Shown: positions 9,828 to 18,919, counted from the stretch's first letter. The stretch: DNA of 31,658 bases from a virus (IMGVR_UViG_3300033406_000031:1-31658), one strand, 5' to 3'. Translations and numbers: made by a program. Notes: generated by a model not told the origin, from the letters alone.

Positions 9828-10856
9828 TTAGTAAGCGCCAAGTTCTGAGTTTTCTTTTTGCATTTCATCCAAAATGGTATCTGCTTTTGAAATTACATCC
9901 TCTTCTTGAGCCGGATTTGCATCCTGGGCCTTTGTAATGGCAACGGCTGCTTGATTCGCTACGGTTTTACTAGGCAACGGATCAGCTTCCAGTTTTTCAA
10001 TTCTCTCCTTTAGCTCCGTTATAGCCCCATTTGTCTTTTGTACTTCTTCCAAGGTTTCCGTCAGCTTATTAATAGCTTCCTGAAACGGTGCGACAGTTTT
10101 CGCAATTACTTCATTGACCTGATCTAAAGCTTGTCCTTCGAGTTTATTCACGTCTTGACTTCCTCCTTCATCAATTTTGGCTACATTGCCGCATTTAGCG
10201 CATTTACATTCTGCTCCAAGATCTCTGGCATGATCATGCATGGCCTGTAGTTTTTCTTTATCGGATTTCGAATTGCGGGCGCCAGCTTTTTGAATGTCTC
10301 CCGCTGGATCGGTTTTTGTTTCCACGTTCAATTCACCCCCTCCCTCAACCGACTTAAACGGCCTTTGTTCTGTAGTGCCGTCTGTTTTGACGACCTCATA
10401 AAAAACAGCCGACGGCACACAAGGCTTGTCGGCTAGGGAAAGCTCATTCGGTTTTAAGGTGTAGCGCATCCCGCCCAAATCCGGATCGGGAACCTTCGCC
10501 CCAACGGATACCCCACCAAAGCTAAAGCCAGTATATACACCCTCAAGGCATTTATTCCATTCCTCATCATCTATCACTTTGGCGCAGACACTGACGGCCT
10601 TTTCTTCATCATGGAAAGTAAGATCCACCAACTTACCGGCACTTATCGCCTTGTGCATGGCCCTTAAGTTGCCTTTGCTCTTTCCGTCAGTCTTTTCCTT
10701 GAAATCCTGTGACCAGGCTTCAATATACGGCTTCGACTTCTCATAATCGAATATCTCCCGGGCATTATCGAGTTCCTCCCGGGAGGCTATGCCGTAGACC
10801 AGGCGTTTTTCTTCGTCCACCTTTGTGAGTGGTATGAACAGTGAAACATTACCCAT
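9828..10856 (-). CDS. Prohead protease/scaffold (XkdF-like)
   Basis: KVDEEKRLVYG..LRAMH..G.YTGFSFGG..ELSLADKPCVP; C-terminal coiled coil; RBS AAGGAGG. Confidence 0.8.
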   Translation of the reverse strand: MGNVSLFIPLTKVDEEKRLVYGIASREELDNAREIFDYEKSKPYIEAWSQDFKEKTDGKSKGNLRAMHKAISAGKLVDLTFHDEEKAVSVCAKVIDDEEWNKCLEGVYTGFSFGGVSVGAKVPDPDLGGMRYTLKPNELSLADKPCVPSAVFYEVVKTDGTTEQRPFKSVEGGGELNVETKTDPAGDIQKAGARNSKSDKEKLQAMHDHARDLGAECKCAKCGNVAKIDEGGSQDVNKLEGQALDQVNEVIAKTVAPFQEAINKLTETLEEVQKTNGAITELKERIEKLEADPLPSKTVANQAAVAITKAQDANPAQEEDVISKADTILDEMQKENSELGAY

Positions 10857-10883
10857 CGTCTTCCTCCTTCCGTTTTTGGGCAT

Positions 10884-10911
10884 AAGAAAACCGCCCTTAT
10901 TAAGGACGGTT
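10884..10911 (-). terminator. Intrinsic terminator after putative immunity gene
   Basis: AACCGTCCTT-AAT-AAGGGCGGTTTTCTT on - strand. Confidence 0.65.
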
Positions 10912-10930
10912 GCCAAAATCAATTTTTAGT

Positions 10931-11185
10931 TTAACAATATAATTCGATTTTTATCTGTTCAAACACATCGTTAAGGGTTACATTGCCATCAAGTTTATAA
11001 TCCTTAAACAGTTCTTCGGCTGATTGATATGTCTTTTCTGTATCCATTTTATCAAACTCAATAGCACTAATTCCTCCGTCATAATGCGTAATCGAATACA
11101 TCTTATCGTTATACATAAATTCGATTTCGTGTCCCTTATTAACATCTCTCACCATTTCATCTAACGATACAGTACTATTTAGCAC
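10931..11185 (-). CDS. Putative immunity protein for the MuF C-terminal toxin
   Basis: Small, acidic, AT-rich gene directly after MuF; GTG start with RBS GGAGGTG. Confidence 0.65.
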   Translation of the reverse strand: MLNSTVSLDEMVRDVNKGHEIEFMYNDKMYSITHYDGGISAIEFDKMDTEKTYQSAEELFKDYKLDGNVTLNDVFEQIKIELYC

Positions 11186-11186
11186 A

Positions 11187-12272
11187 TCAACCACCTCCAA
11201 ACATATCTTTATTTTGGCTATACTCATCATCAGTTAACGGTCTACCTTTATCCGGCTCCCCGTTTTTCCAATCATGTGCATGAGGCACTATCGGATGAGT
11301 CTTGGCATTACCATGGTTTGTGTTATGAATACTAAGGTTTACATGACCATTTTTATCATAATGCCACCTTTCTTTTATTATACCATTTTTGCCAGCCACA
11401 TCAATATGACTATTTGGTTTTCCTGTCCTCAAATTAGTATTTTTAGGTGCAAACCGGCCTTTTTTATCCCTGGGATGCTCGCTCTCACTAAATTTAGTTA
11501 CGGGATCGTTATCCAAAAGAACTGGTATCACATCGCACCTACAATGTGGATGAGCCGGAGGTACTATATTGCCAGAGGGAAACGCATCGTCAAGGCCAAT
11601 CACGCCTGCCTTTTTATTTATTGCACATTTTTCACACGCCCCGCTACCTACAATCCACTGCTTGCCGAGGTTAAGACCGGAGTTCTTATAGCCAATCATC
11701 CGTCCGTTACAGTCCGCAAAGGCGGTTTCTGTTCGGGCAATCATTTTGGCCCGGCTTTTACTAAAGGCCGTATTGTCTTCGAGTTCCTTCGTAAGCTTCT
11801 GCGGCGACCAGCCTTCTTCCATTGCATCCGTAACAGTACCACGTAGATACTCGCGGGTACTTTCTGTTATGGCCCATGAAGCGTTCGGGTTATCCACCAG
11901 TTTACCGTCAACCCACTTTTTGCCGACCATCTCAGCAGCCCGCTCATTCGCCCAGGCAACTGCATCCTCATTGACCAGGTTCGTAATATTTTGATCAGTT
12001 ACTTCCACCTGGGTCAAGGCTCTTGCCCCGCTATACTTTGCAATACGCACTAATATCGGCTGCACATCGTCAAACAAAATGGACCAGCCGTTAAAGTCCA
12101 GCTCGTCCAAAATTTGATCTATTAATTTACCCGCTTTCAGAGAAACAACTATGGTCCCGGCTAATTCCGGTGCCCGTTCTTTGAAAAACTCCTGCAGGAG
12201 TTCTTCAATTTCAGACTCAGAATCATTTAATACAGTTGTGTCTCGTGAAAGCGGGTCAAAGACTTTTTTTTT
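11187..12272 (-). CDS. Mu gpF/SPP1 gp7 head morphogenesis protein with His-rich C-terminal toxin-like extension
   Basis: RAKMIARTETA, CEKC, PPAHPHCRC; extension HNTNHGNAKTHPIVPHAHDW; frame open to ~12297 without a good RBS/start. Confidence 0.85.
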   Translation of the reverse strand, partial: KKKVFDPLSRDTTVLNDSESEIEELLQEFFKERAPELAGTIVVSLKAGKLIDQILDELDFNGWSILFDDVQPILVRIAKYSGARALTQVEVTDQNITNLVNEDAVAWANERAAEMVGKKWVDGKLVDNPNASWAITESTREYLRGTVTDAMEEGWSPQKLTKELEDNTAFSKSRAKMIARTETAFADCNGRMIGYKNSGLNLGKQWIVGSGACEKCAINKKAGVIGLDDAFPSGNIVPPAHPHCRCDVIPVLLDNDPVTKFSESEHPRDKKGRFAPKNTNLRTGKPNSHIDVAGKNGIIKERWHYDKNGHVNLSIHNTNHGNAKTHPIVPHAHDWKNGEPDKGRPLTDDEYSQNKDMFGGG

Positions 12273-13699
12273 ACCGCCTTTTTGGCTATAGCTCCGTCAG
12301 TATCAATTTTGCCAACGTCTGGATCGTCAGTTTCTTTGTCCTTTTGAGGGTCTTGTTCTTTTTGTCCAGGCTTACGATTATCATCCTTCTGACCATTCAA
12401 GACCTCAGGTATCGGCGGATTTAGTTTCGCCTGCTGTTCCGGTGTTAGTGGATCTCGGCCAAGTTCTTCGCGTACCTCGTCCGGATCTAATACCTTACAC
12501 TGTAAATAGATTTGATCAACCTGGGCCTTTTCAAACGGCGACGTTGCATCGGAATCAATCCATTGGAATTCTAGCTCCGTAAAGCCCATATATCGCTGAA
12601 TAATAGTGTCCATTAATTCTTTTATATAGTTTTTACGCGGGGCCATTCCTTCCGCTTGAGAAGCTTGTTGGACTGTTTCCGCTGTGGCCCTGTTAGTTTC
12701 TTTAACGAAAGGAGTTGGTGGCAGGCTTAGTACATACATAATCACCCGGGCCAGCCATTCGTCAACTTCTGCTTTAAGCTCTGGGCTCTTAAGTGTAAAG
12801 GGTGTAACGCCGCCTGGTATAAATCGCCCTTTACGCTTGGCGTTTTGATCTCCTTCAAAAAGACTATCCCAGTATGCCTGAAACTCGGCAACTTGCTCCG
12901 CCGTCCATTCTTCCGGACAGCCAAATGCGGTTTCCGGTATATTCCCTTCCGTGAAAAAGCCAAGCATATAGAGCTGTCGCCGTATAGCTATATCAATCGT
13001 AGTAACAATTTGCTCTACATACCCATACCCATAAACATGATTGGGGCGCGGATTACGAGGCAAATAGAGTAATTGCTCGGTTGTAAGGTTAACCGCCGGC
13101 ATTCCATATAGCACTTGCTGATAAGCTGGATCGGGCGACTGTGGCCGGTCCCCGTTAATATCGATTTTGGGCAGGATCGTCGCGCCGTCAACAATTTTAA
13201 GTCGCGCCACATCTCCGCCTCGGGTACGGATAACCTCAATACTAGGCGCATCCAGGATTATCATGTCTTCCATGATTTTACGCATCCAGCGTTTCCACGA
13301 CAGCCCATTTACCGGGTCGGGGTAAGCTAACAGGGCGTATGCCTTATCTATATTCGCCTGCTGCTTTTGCGTTGCGGCTCTTAAATCCGCCGGTTTCATG
13401 TTGAGTTTCTTTTTGGGACCAATACCCCATTCTAACGACTCTACTTGGTCTTTGCAGGTTTCAATACCGATGCGAAGTATGTCGCAGTTATCCGCTAAGT
13501 TGCGCAGCATACTGAAGTCTATTTCTTCATATACGCGCGGCAAGGTGTTTAAGTTGTATCCCACCGGATATTCAAAAGCTCTCGGCTGTGTTCCCGGTGG
13601 GGCCGTAGGTTCAATAGGCTTATCCGGTGTAAACCAATCAGTAGCCGTAGATTTTAAACTCTGATAGGCATCAGATATGTATTGAAACGGGTTTGCCAT
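12227..13699 (-). CDS. Phage portal protein
   Basis: Follows TerL; IVDGATI..AYQQV..YGYGYVEQ..FFTEGNIP..NRATAE..DEVREELG. Confidence 0.92.
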   Translation of the reverse strand: MANPFQYISDAYQSLKSTATDWFTPDKPIEPTAPPGTQPRAFEYPVGYNLNTLPRVYEEIDFSMLRNLADNCDILRIGIETCKDQVESLEWGIGPKKKLNMKPADLRAATQKQQANIDKAYALLAYPDPVNGLSWKRWMRKIMEDMIILDAPSIEVIRTRGGDVARLKIVDGATILPKIDINGDRPQSPDPAYQQVLYGMPAVNLTTEQLLYLPRNPRPNHVYGYGYVEQIVTTIDIAIRRQLYMLGFFTEGNIPETAFGCPEEWTAEQVAEFQAYWDSLFEGDQNAKRKGRFIPGGVTPFTLKSPELKAEVDEWLARVIMYVLSLPPTPFVKETNRATAETVQQASQAEGMAPRKNYIKELMDTIIQRYMGFTELEFQWIDSDATSPFEKAQVDQIYLQCKVLDPDEVREELGRDPLTPEQQAKLNPPIPEVLNGQKDDNRKPGQKEQDPQKDKETDDPDVGKIDTDGAIAKKAVKKKSLTRFHETQLY

Positions 13700-13702
13700 C
13701 CT

Positions 13703-14992
13703 TTAGCCTCCTTTCTGCGCGGCTTTAAGCTTTTCGGCTTCTCGCCGATAGTGATCCAGTAATCCGGTATTATACCGCCTGTATTGCTCAATACTGTACC
13801 GAAGCGCCGCCATAGCATCATCCATAAATTCAACTGGTTTATCCAGATAAAGACCAGTTTTACTATCCTTTTGCCATTTCCATTGTTGGATTTCTTTAAT
13901 CGTATTAAAGCAACGCGGGTGAATGTGTATCCTGTGCTGCTTTAGGTAGTCAATTTGAGCCTCTACGCTTCCCTGCTCCTTCTTAACCCCTTGGGCGCGA
14001 TAACCCGCTTTGGCCCACATCTTGATCCGGTCAGGCTCTGCGCAATCACAGTACATGATTAACTTTTTATTCAGGTTGTGAGCTGCCGCTATCTGGATCA
14101 ATTCCGTCGTGTCTTTCTCGTATTCATAGATTTCACCACAAACAAAAAGCTCACTGTCTTTAAAACCGACAGTGAGTATTGCATTTGCATGATTAAAACC
14201 AAAGTCCTGGCTCAATACCATAGAATCAAAACGACTCGGATCCACGTCAAATTCATGCACATGGTAATTATGCAGAATTAGACCGCCCGTTTCACCCCAT
14301 TCACCTAATCCATATACTTTATATCCTTCCGGATCTCGTTCTTTACGCATCATCATGCGCCGGTGATAGGCTTCATCAATAAACCGGTTATCCAGGTAGG
14401 TTGACTGATGGGTGAAGATGTCCGGATGCTCAATATCAAAGTATTTGGCTTTCAGCCAATGCATAGCGGAAACAGGGTTAAAGGTGAAAGTCATCTGATA
14501 GTAGAGATTCGGATTATCTAACTGTCCACGTAGACGATCATCCAGAATATCCACATCGGCCTCTGTCAGTTCAGTGGCTTCTTCAATCCATATCCAGGTT
14601 AACTTACCCCGGGCAAAGTTGATTGATTTTACTTTTTCCCGTTGGCGGTCATCGTTGACACCACGGAATATGACTTCGTTGCCTGTGATTAGGCAGGTCA
14701 GCCTGAGAGGGCTAAGGGTAATCTTCCAGTATAATTCCGAACGTTCCCCACATAGCCGGTTTATAGCCGCTGTTAGTTCGGCATAGGTTGAATCTTTATT
14801 AGACCCTTCCACCTTACGTACTACCAGAAGATTAGCCCCTTTGTATTTCGGGTCCATCAATTTAACAATATAATCCTGGGCGATGTTGACGCTTTTACCA
14901 CTACCGGCAGAACCTTTCATAACACGGTACCGTAAGCGGCATTCATTTACAGGCCTGAAAATAGAATTAAATTGAGCCATAACCTCAGACAT
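13703..14992 (-). CDS. terL: Terminase large subunit, PBSX family
   Basis: KGSAGSGKS, WIEEATE, TFNP, DFGF, DDAMAALRY. Confidence 0.96.
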   Translation of the reverse strand: MSEVMAQFNSIFRPVNECRLRYRVMKGSAGSGKSVNIAQDYIVKLMDPKYKGANLLVVRKVEGSNKDSTYAELTAAINRLCGERSELYWKITLSPLRLTCLITGNEVIFRGVNDDRQREKVKSINFARGKLTWIWIEEATELTEADVDILDDRLRGQLDNPNLYYQMTFTFNPVSAMHWLKAKYFDIEHPDIFTHQSTYLDNRFIDEAYHRRMMMRKERDPEGYKVYGLGEWGETGGLILHNYHVHEFDVDPSRFDSMVLSQDFGFNHANAILTVGFKDSELFVCGEIYEYEKDTTELIQIAAAHNLNKKLIMYCDCAEPDRIKMWAKAGYRAQGVKKEQGSVEAQIDYLKQHRIHIHPRCFNTIKEIQQWKWQKDSKTGLYLDKPVEFMDDAMAALRYSIEQYRRYNTGLLDHYRREAEKLKAAQKGG

Positions 14993-15761
14993 TGTTATCA
15001 CCGTAATCAATTTTAATGTTTAATGTAGGGGTGTCGTTTCCGTCCCCTTTCAGCTTCGTGATTTCGGCCTTCATTTTATCGATTTCCAGCTTTTTCTTTT
15101 CTCCAGCTAAATCCTCATACCGGGCAATCAGCCCCTCTAGCGTTTTCATGGCTCCACTCTGAGCCTTTAAGAACGCGGCATGCTTATCCCAGGCAAACTG
15201 CAATTCCCATTCCTTTTCGGTGCCGTTGTCCATATCTTTATGACGCTTAAGCATCTTGGTGGTGTCTTCCTGGTTTTCTACATACATTAACCGCTGCGCC
15301 CTGGCAATGGCCGTGTACTGAATGACAATGTTTTCCCACAGCATTTCCAGCGGGCTCTTAATATTGATACTCTCAACAATCGCCCTTATTTCTTCATCGT
15401 CTGGAAATATGCGTGAAAAAAAACCATGCTTTTCGGCATTCTTATTGCCTGGAAGTGCATAGCCGCCCTTATTACCTACGGCGTTTTTATTACCTTTAGG
15501 AGCCCCATGCCCCTTAGCATTTTGATTACCGGGTTTGGCTCCACACTTTTTGGAGTACTCCGTATTTTTCGGAGTACTCCGTTCATTTTTTTGGAGTACT
15601 CCGTTCCTCCGATCAAGCCAGTTATCTTTACATTTCCATCCTGACACTGTTTTTTCGGACAATGATAGCATTTCAGCAATCTTTCGATTGCTAATTTTGC
15701 CCTCTTGTTCAAGGTAAATCTCCAACGCCTTATCCCTATTTGGATCTCGATTACGCCCCAT
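14985..15761 (-). CDS. terS: Terminase small subunit (YqaS-like)
   Basis: N-terminal HTH (TVSGWKCKDNW), GAPKGNKNA repeats, NAEKHGFFS, LQFAWDK. Confidence 0.92.
   Translation of the reverse strand: MGRNRDPNRDKALEIYLEQEGKISNRKIAEMLSLSEKTVSGWKCKDNWLDRRNGVLQKNERSTPKNTEYSKKCGAKPGNQNAKGHGAPKGNKNAVGNKGGYALPGNKNAEKHGFFSRIFPDDEEIRAIVESINIKSPLEMLWENIVIQYTAIARAQRLMYVENQEDTTKMLKRHKDMDNGTEKEWELQFAWDKHAAFLKAQSGAMKTLEGLIARYEDLAGEKKKLEIDKMKAEITKLKGDGNDTPTLNIKIDYGDNNV
15552..15602. repeat. Three palindromic GGAGTACTCC boxes inside terS
   Basis: Copies at 15552, 15571 and 15593, separated by T-rich spacers. Confidence 0.85.
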
Positions 15762-15782
15762 GCTACATATCACCCACCTCCG

Positions 15783-16004
15783 TTATGGATCTTCACGTTG
15801 AAGCTTTAAATCAAGCTCAATAAGCTTTTTTAGATCGTCTACATTTTTAATCTCAATAAGCCCCTTCTGGAAATCGCTTATCCATTTTGCAATTCCCGCC
15901 CGGACAATTTTACGATACTTAGCCTTTTCCGCTGCAATATCCTCAGTAAACTGGGTTTCACCCTGTAATTTATTATCTTTCCTTACTATTGCCAGCACCC
16001 CCAT
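15783..16004 (-). CDS. Conserved-looking small phage protein upstream of terS
   Basis: KYRKIVRAGIAKWISDFQKG.I.IK.VDDLKKLIELDL; start uncertain (ATG 16004 or ATA 15989). Confidence 0.7.
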   Translation of the reverse strand: MGVLAIVRKDNKLQGETQFTEDIAAEKAKYRKIVRAGIAKWISDFQKGLIEIKNVDDLKKLIELDLKLQREDP

Positions 16005-16024
16005 TTATATAATAAAATGGTTGC

Positions 16025-16131
16025 GAGGTAGTAGCCCTTTGTAATCTGTGGCCACAGTGGAATCTACTATCTCCTGCCGGGGGTGCCCGGAACTGGGGTG
16101 GATGTTGACGCATCCGCCCCTCTATTTTTTT
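16025..16131 (+). ncRNA. Candidate structured small RNA
   Basis: Three stems with G-U pairs only on +, ends in a U7 tract; TTGCCA-N18-TAAAAT upstream. Confidence 0.6.
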
Positions 16132-16139
16132 ATAAAGGC

Positions 16140-16634
16140 TTATGCCCTTTTATACTCATAGGTTGCATCTTCGTGGAGTTGAGGCACTCGACGTATTACG
16201 CCTCTTGAAAGCAGCTGAAGCACCCGCTTAAGGGTTCTCGTCGCTGCCGGTATTACCGCCCGAGAGTAAAAGGCCCTTGGCTTTTCACCTTCACGAATTG
16301 CAAGTACTTCCTGTTCACAAATATCACCTGTATCTAGCCCCTCATCTGCCCAGAACCATGTCACTCCTGAATATTTTTCGCCTAAAGCAAAAGCCCACCT
16401 TATTGCATCAGGTCCTCTATGCCTCGGAAGCAGTGATGGATGAAATATTAAAGTTCCCAATTTCGGAAGCCGTATTTCCCGGCTACTCAGTTTTTGCGTA
16501 AGTAATGGGGCGATTGCCAAATCCGCTTTACAGGTTTCGTCTACAATTATAGCCCCAAATTCTTCAACCGTTTTCTTACACTCTTGAATAACCGGTAAAC
16601 TACGGTCGCCGTAAATATATATTTTTAGGCTCAT
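16140..16634 (-). CDS. Stand-alone formyltransferase (Formyl_trans_N)
   Basis: LIFHPSLLPRHRGPDAIRWA..GVTWFWADEGLDTGDI. Confidence 0.9.
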   Translation of the reverse strand: MSLKIYIYGDRSLPVIQECKKTVEEFGAIIVDETCKADLAIAPLLTQKLSSREIRLPKLGTLIFHPSLLPRHRGPDAIRWAFALGEKYSGVTWFWADEGLDTGDICEQEVLAIREGEKPRAFYSRAVIPAATRTLKRVLQLLSRGVIRRVPQLHEDATYEYKRA

Positions 16635-17758
16635 TATCTTTCCACCTCACCAATGTATTTAAATCCCTGTACGGCTCGAAAATGCCCTCCATAGCCGCAG
16701 GAAACATTACCTTTGGACGTTCGATTCATGCTTTGCCTTGATCTCGCTTTGTTGCCTCCAAACAGTATCGCGCTAACCTGCACCCATTTTTTCGATTTTC
16801 GAAGGGCTCCACAAAGCTGTGGATGGGAGGTATGAAAGTAAGTCGGATATTTATTGCCTTTCCTTCCGTAGCCCTCAAGGTGCAACTGACATACTGTTTC
16901 TAAAAACTTTAAACCACAGCCGGCACCTTGCCACTCCGGCATAGTGACCAATCTTGTTGCCCGGTATCCTCCAATTTCAAAGCGAGGACTTACAGCCAAG
17001 TGACAAACCAGCTCGCCGTCAGCAACGCCTACAAAGTATTCCGCTGCTATTGGCATCGGCAAGTCTAAATAATAATGCGGCTTAAAATATTTCCAGTAAC
17101 GCGAGTCTGTCTTGATAATCTCCAATTCGAATTTTGGTCGTCGAAGACGCCCCCTAGTAAAAGTTTTTTCTTTCGTATCGATAACCCAGTCAGGTTCAAC
17201 CCATTCCAATATGTCATAGTGAGGAGTAAGCAACACGCATTGATTCTTTCCGCCATTCTTTCGGCGCCAGGCTTTTTGAAATGCCTGAGATCCTATTTTT
17301 GCAATCTGCCTATCTATAACTGATGTAAATTCATCGATAACGACTTTTTCAGGTTTTTCACATATTAGCCGAGCCAATCCCGCCCTAAATTGTTCTCCGT
17401 TTGACAGAACATGAAAAGGACGTAACCAGGAAGGAACACTGCCAAGACCTACATTCGCCAACGCGCCAGTTACGCTGTCAAAGTCTCCTTCAGAAGCTAT
17501 TGCATCAATAATCGGCTTATCGCCTGGCCAATTTTTTGTATAATCATGAATCAGGTTTTCGCCGAAAATCACTTTTCCAATCGAGGTTTTACCACTTCCG
17601 CTTGGACCAACAACAACCCCAATTTGCCATTCAAAATCAAGTTCCGCGTCTATGTCTAGATCGAAATTGCAACCGCTCTCGGCATTAAAAAGGCTTTTTA
17701 CCCGCGCGGCCCGATAACTGTCAAAATCTGATACTCTATTTCTAACTTGAATAATCAC
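16634..17758 (-). CDS. ABC-type ATPase fused to GNAT acyltransferase
   Basis: Walker A GPSGSGKT, signature LSNGEQFR, Walker B VVIDE, His loop; GNAT motif A TRLVTMPEWQGAGCG; GTGA overlap with ParB gene. Confidence 0.88.
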   Translation of the reverse strand: MIIQVRNRVSDFDSYRAARVKSLFNAESGCNFDLDIDAELDFEWQIGVVVGPSGSGKTSIGKVIFGENLIHDYTKNWPGDKPIIDAIASEGDFDSVTGALANVGLGSVPSWLRPFHVLSNGEQFRAGLARLICEKPEKVVIDEFTSVIDRQIAKIGSQAFQKAWRRKNGGKNQCVLLTPHYDILEWVEPDWVIDTKEKTFTRGRLRRPKFELEIIKTDSRYWKYFKPHYYLDLPMPIAAEYFVGVADGELVCHLAVSPRFEIGGYRATRLVTMPEWQGAGCGLKFLETVCQLHLEGYGRKGNKYPTYFHTSHPQLCGALRKSKKWVQVSAILFGGNKARSRQSMNRTSKGNVSCGYGGHFRAVQGFKYIGEVER

Positions 17759-18348
17759 ACGCACACCACCTTGCATTCAAAGCCTTTCTCTTTAAGTTCG
17801 TTATATACTTTTTCCTGGTGTTGTTCATCTGTGCAAATTACTATTACTCCATACTGTTCATGGTAGGAAAACTGTGATCCCGTTTTATCTTCCTCAGGTA
17901 GTATTGGCTGTCCCAGAATCTTTGTTATTTCGGCACTATCAAATCCCGTTAGCTCCATATCAAATTCGCTAACGTCTAGTTCCTGTAATATCTCCTCTAA
18001 AGCAGTGGTATCCAAGACCGACAATTCCGCAATCTTGTTATCTGCAATCAGATCAGCCCATTCTGAGGCTTCATCTTCATAATCCTGCCGATCCACCGGC
18101 ACTTGATTAACACCAAGCCGCTGAGCCGCCATAAGCCGCCCATGACCACGAACGATAAAACCAGAGCGAGTGCTTACCGTAATCGGTGCGCGCCAGCCCT
18201 GGTTTTGAATTATCTTCGCTAATAGCTCTATTTGTTTATCGCTGTGTTGATTGGGGTTTCGTGGATTCGGTACCAGCTGTGTAATATCGGCCAGTTCATC
18301 AAATGCACAATAGACGGGAATTCCATCTGCAAGTATTTCCTTTGTCAT
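17755..18348 (-). CDS. ParB/Srx N-terminal domain protein
   Basis: PNPRNPNQH..GWRAPITV..IVRGHGRLMAA..IADNK; no methyltransferase domain attached. Confidence 0.9.
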   Translation of the reverse strand: MTKEILADGIPVYCAFDELADITQLVPNPRNPNQHSDKQIELLAKIIQNQGWRAPITVSTRSGFIVRGHGRLMAAQRLGVNQVPVDRQDYEDEASEWADLIADNKIAELSVLDTTALEEILQELDVSEFDMELTGFDSAEITKILGQPILPEEDKTGSQFSYHEQYGVIVICTDEQHQEKVYNELKEKGFECKVVCV

Positions 18349-18554
18349 TTTAGCACCCCTGTTACTTTACTGGACTTGTACTTACCACCGCGCCGGTGGC
18401 AGTTCGAATTAAACGGCTGCTCAAGCATCGCTTTGCCGATCCGAGGACGGTACTCGGAGCAATCGCCGCCTTTATTCAGCTTAATCCTTTTAGCTATGCA
18501 GATTTCGATTCCGTGACGTTCACAGTCTTTCCGTTCACACTCAACGGTGGGCAT
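18345..18554 (-). CDS. Small Cys-rich protein
   Basis: VECERKDC..IC.A..I....C; RBS GGGAGG; ATGA overlap with ParB gene. Confidence 0.7.
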   Translation of the reverse strand: MPTVECERKDCERHGIEICIAKRIKLNKGGDCSEYRPRIGKAMLEQPFNSNCHRRGGKYKSSKVTGVLK

Positions 18555-18582
18555 GGTATCGCCTCCCCCTATTTTTAGGCAC

Positions 18583-18605
18583 GAAAAAAGAGCCCGAAGG
18601 CTCTA
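18583..18605 (-). terminator. Intrinsic terminator of moron pair
   Basis: AGAGCC-TTC-GGGCTCTTTTTT on - strand. Confidence 0.7.
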
Positions 18606-18619
18606 TCTTAATTTAAATT

Positions 18620-18919
18620 TCATTTATCTTTTTTTATAAATTTTGAAATGCTATTCATTATTATCTCTCTTACTATTTTGGCTATCTGAACAATACACAA
18701 ACCGCTAACAACAATACTATTAATGTTAAAAGGATGGTAAGCACCGTATAACACTACGATCAAGAATGCGAGTAAACACCAATTCAAGACATCCACAAAA
18801 TGCGTCGATTCTTCTTTGTATTTTATCTTAAAATACGCTTCAGCCGCTATTATCGCTATATAGACAGCACCAAATAATCCATTCATATAATATTTAAACA
18901 TATAAAAAATTTCTTCCAT
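18620..18919 (-). CDS. Moron membrane protein (~3 TM)
   Basis: Hydrophobic, AT-rich. Confidence 0.7.
   Translation of the reverse strand: MEEIFYMFKYYMNGLFGAVYIAIIAAEAYFKIKYKEESTHFVDVLNWCLLAFLIVVLYGAYHPFNINSIVVSGLCIVQIAKIVREIIMNSISKFIKKDK

Noticed and set aside
1245-15717. Numerous + strand ORFs within structural genes
   Set aside because: Antisense shadows without RBSs or recognisable motifs
16025-16131. tRNA or known riboswitch
   Set aside because: No cloverleaf/T-loop and no co-oriented downstream gene; kept as an unknown sRNA candidate
16634-17758. ABC transporter
   Set aside because: No permease or binding protein; fused GNAT domain and phage context
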